Source of the DNA: Phoronis australis
Taxonomy: Eukaryota > Animalia > Phoronida
Assembly (NCBI GenBank): GCA_002633005.1
Contig: NMRA01000078.1
Coordinates: 814,820 to 878,819, forward strand
Direction: 5' to 3'
Length of the DNA: 64,000 bases
Positions 63,178 through 64,000 of this stretch are shown here, one piece after another; within the stretch, counting starts at the first letter, position 1, and every line of letters starts with the position of its first letter. A program made the position numbers and the translations under genes. The notes beneath the pieces were generated by a model. The model saw only the letters and a program-made list of their open reading frames with translations, had not been told where the DNA came from and made no database searches.

Positions 63178-63617
63178 TCAACTGGTCCCAGTAGAGATGG
63201 TGGCCATCCCATAAGCCTTCCACATGCCGGAAGCTTTTCGGTAAATTATGCCTCACACTGATTAAACCATCAAACTCATGATGCTATAACTACTGGCGGT
63301 AAGTACCTTTCGCACACAGAGGAACCATTAGGCCATTAATGTCTTTAACATCCCCCCCTTTTAAGCAGTGTGCAACTGAACAAAGGACTTTAATGTCTTT
63401 CATTCTTCACATCCCCTCATTTGAGCAGTGTGAAACTAAACAAAGGATGTTAAAGGCATCAACGGCCTCCTAAGTTCTCTCTTTATGTGCAAAAGGTACC
63501 AATAGCAACATGACTGATGGTTTAATCAGTGTGAGGCAACACTCGTCAAAAAGCTTCCAGTGCATGATGGGCCTACAGAATGGCCACCATCTCTACTGCC
63601 TACTGGAGCCAGTTGAT
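63178..63617. mobile_element. Foldback/MITE with ~175-bp imperfect inverted arms; extra partial arm at ~63751-63850
   Basis: cagtagagatggtggccat vs atggccaccatctctactg; tgcctcacactgattaaaccatca vs tgatggtttaatcagtgtgaggca; ctttaacatcc vs ggatgttaaag. Confidence 0.85.
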
Positions 63618-64000
63618 GCTTGACTCAAGATGATGGAACTGTCTAATAATTGAGAGTCGAACATCGACCAGCCCCATTCTCCATAGGCAATGACCATCGC
63701 CTCTGTTGGCCTGAAGCAGAGGCGATGTAGAGGCTATAGGCGCTCTGTACGCCGGAAGCTTTTCGGCGAATTATGCCTTGCACCGACTAAACCATCAAAG
63801 TCATGTTGTTATAAATACCATTTGCGCATAGAGGAACACCTTAGGAGGTTGTCGATGTGTTTAATTCCTTCCAACTCGAACAAATACTCCCGTTATGAAA
63901 CTTTTTCTTCGAGCAGTCCCTATTTCAGTTCCCAAAATCGTGAACTCAACTTTTTCATTTTTTTAACCAGGCCGAAGGTCAGAAGTTGCGGACCTACCGG

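Overview
Intron-rich, repeat-rich eukaryotic (metazoan, probably marine invertebrate) genomic DNA with one assembly gap (9745-10222). Four spliced protein-coding genes were reconstructed by hand with consistent intron phases. They are a whirlin-like HHD+PDZ scaffold gene (minus strand, left end), RSBN1/RSBN1L-like (minus, 6 coding exons), SET/TSPY-like NAP-family histone chaperone (plus, 8 exons, head-to-head with RSBN1, ATGs 250 bp apart) and an IRAK4-type death-domain RD kinase (minus, about 12 coding exons, convergent with SET). Introns and spacers carry decayed LINEs (L1/Tx1-like; two CR1/L2-like), tRNA-derived SINEs, MITEs and foldbacks, Helentron-type non-autonomous elements, a THAP-transposon relic and minisatellites. 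The most notable observations are a U12-type minor intron in SET, a Penelope-type minimal hammerhead ribozyme insert with a target-site duplication in an IRAK4 intron, a tandem duplication of the IRAK4 catalytic-loop exon end with its splice donor, repeat-borne arrays of CTCF-like motifs, and uORFs abutting the IRAK4 start. All identifications are from motif recognition, not database searches. I see no evidence for a wholly new multi-gene system.
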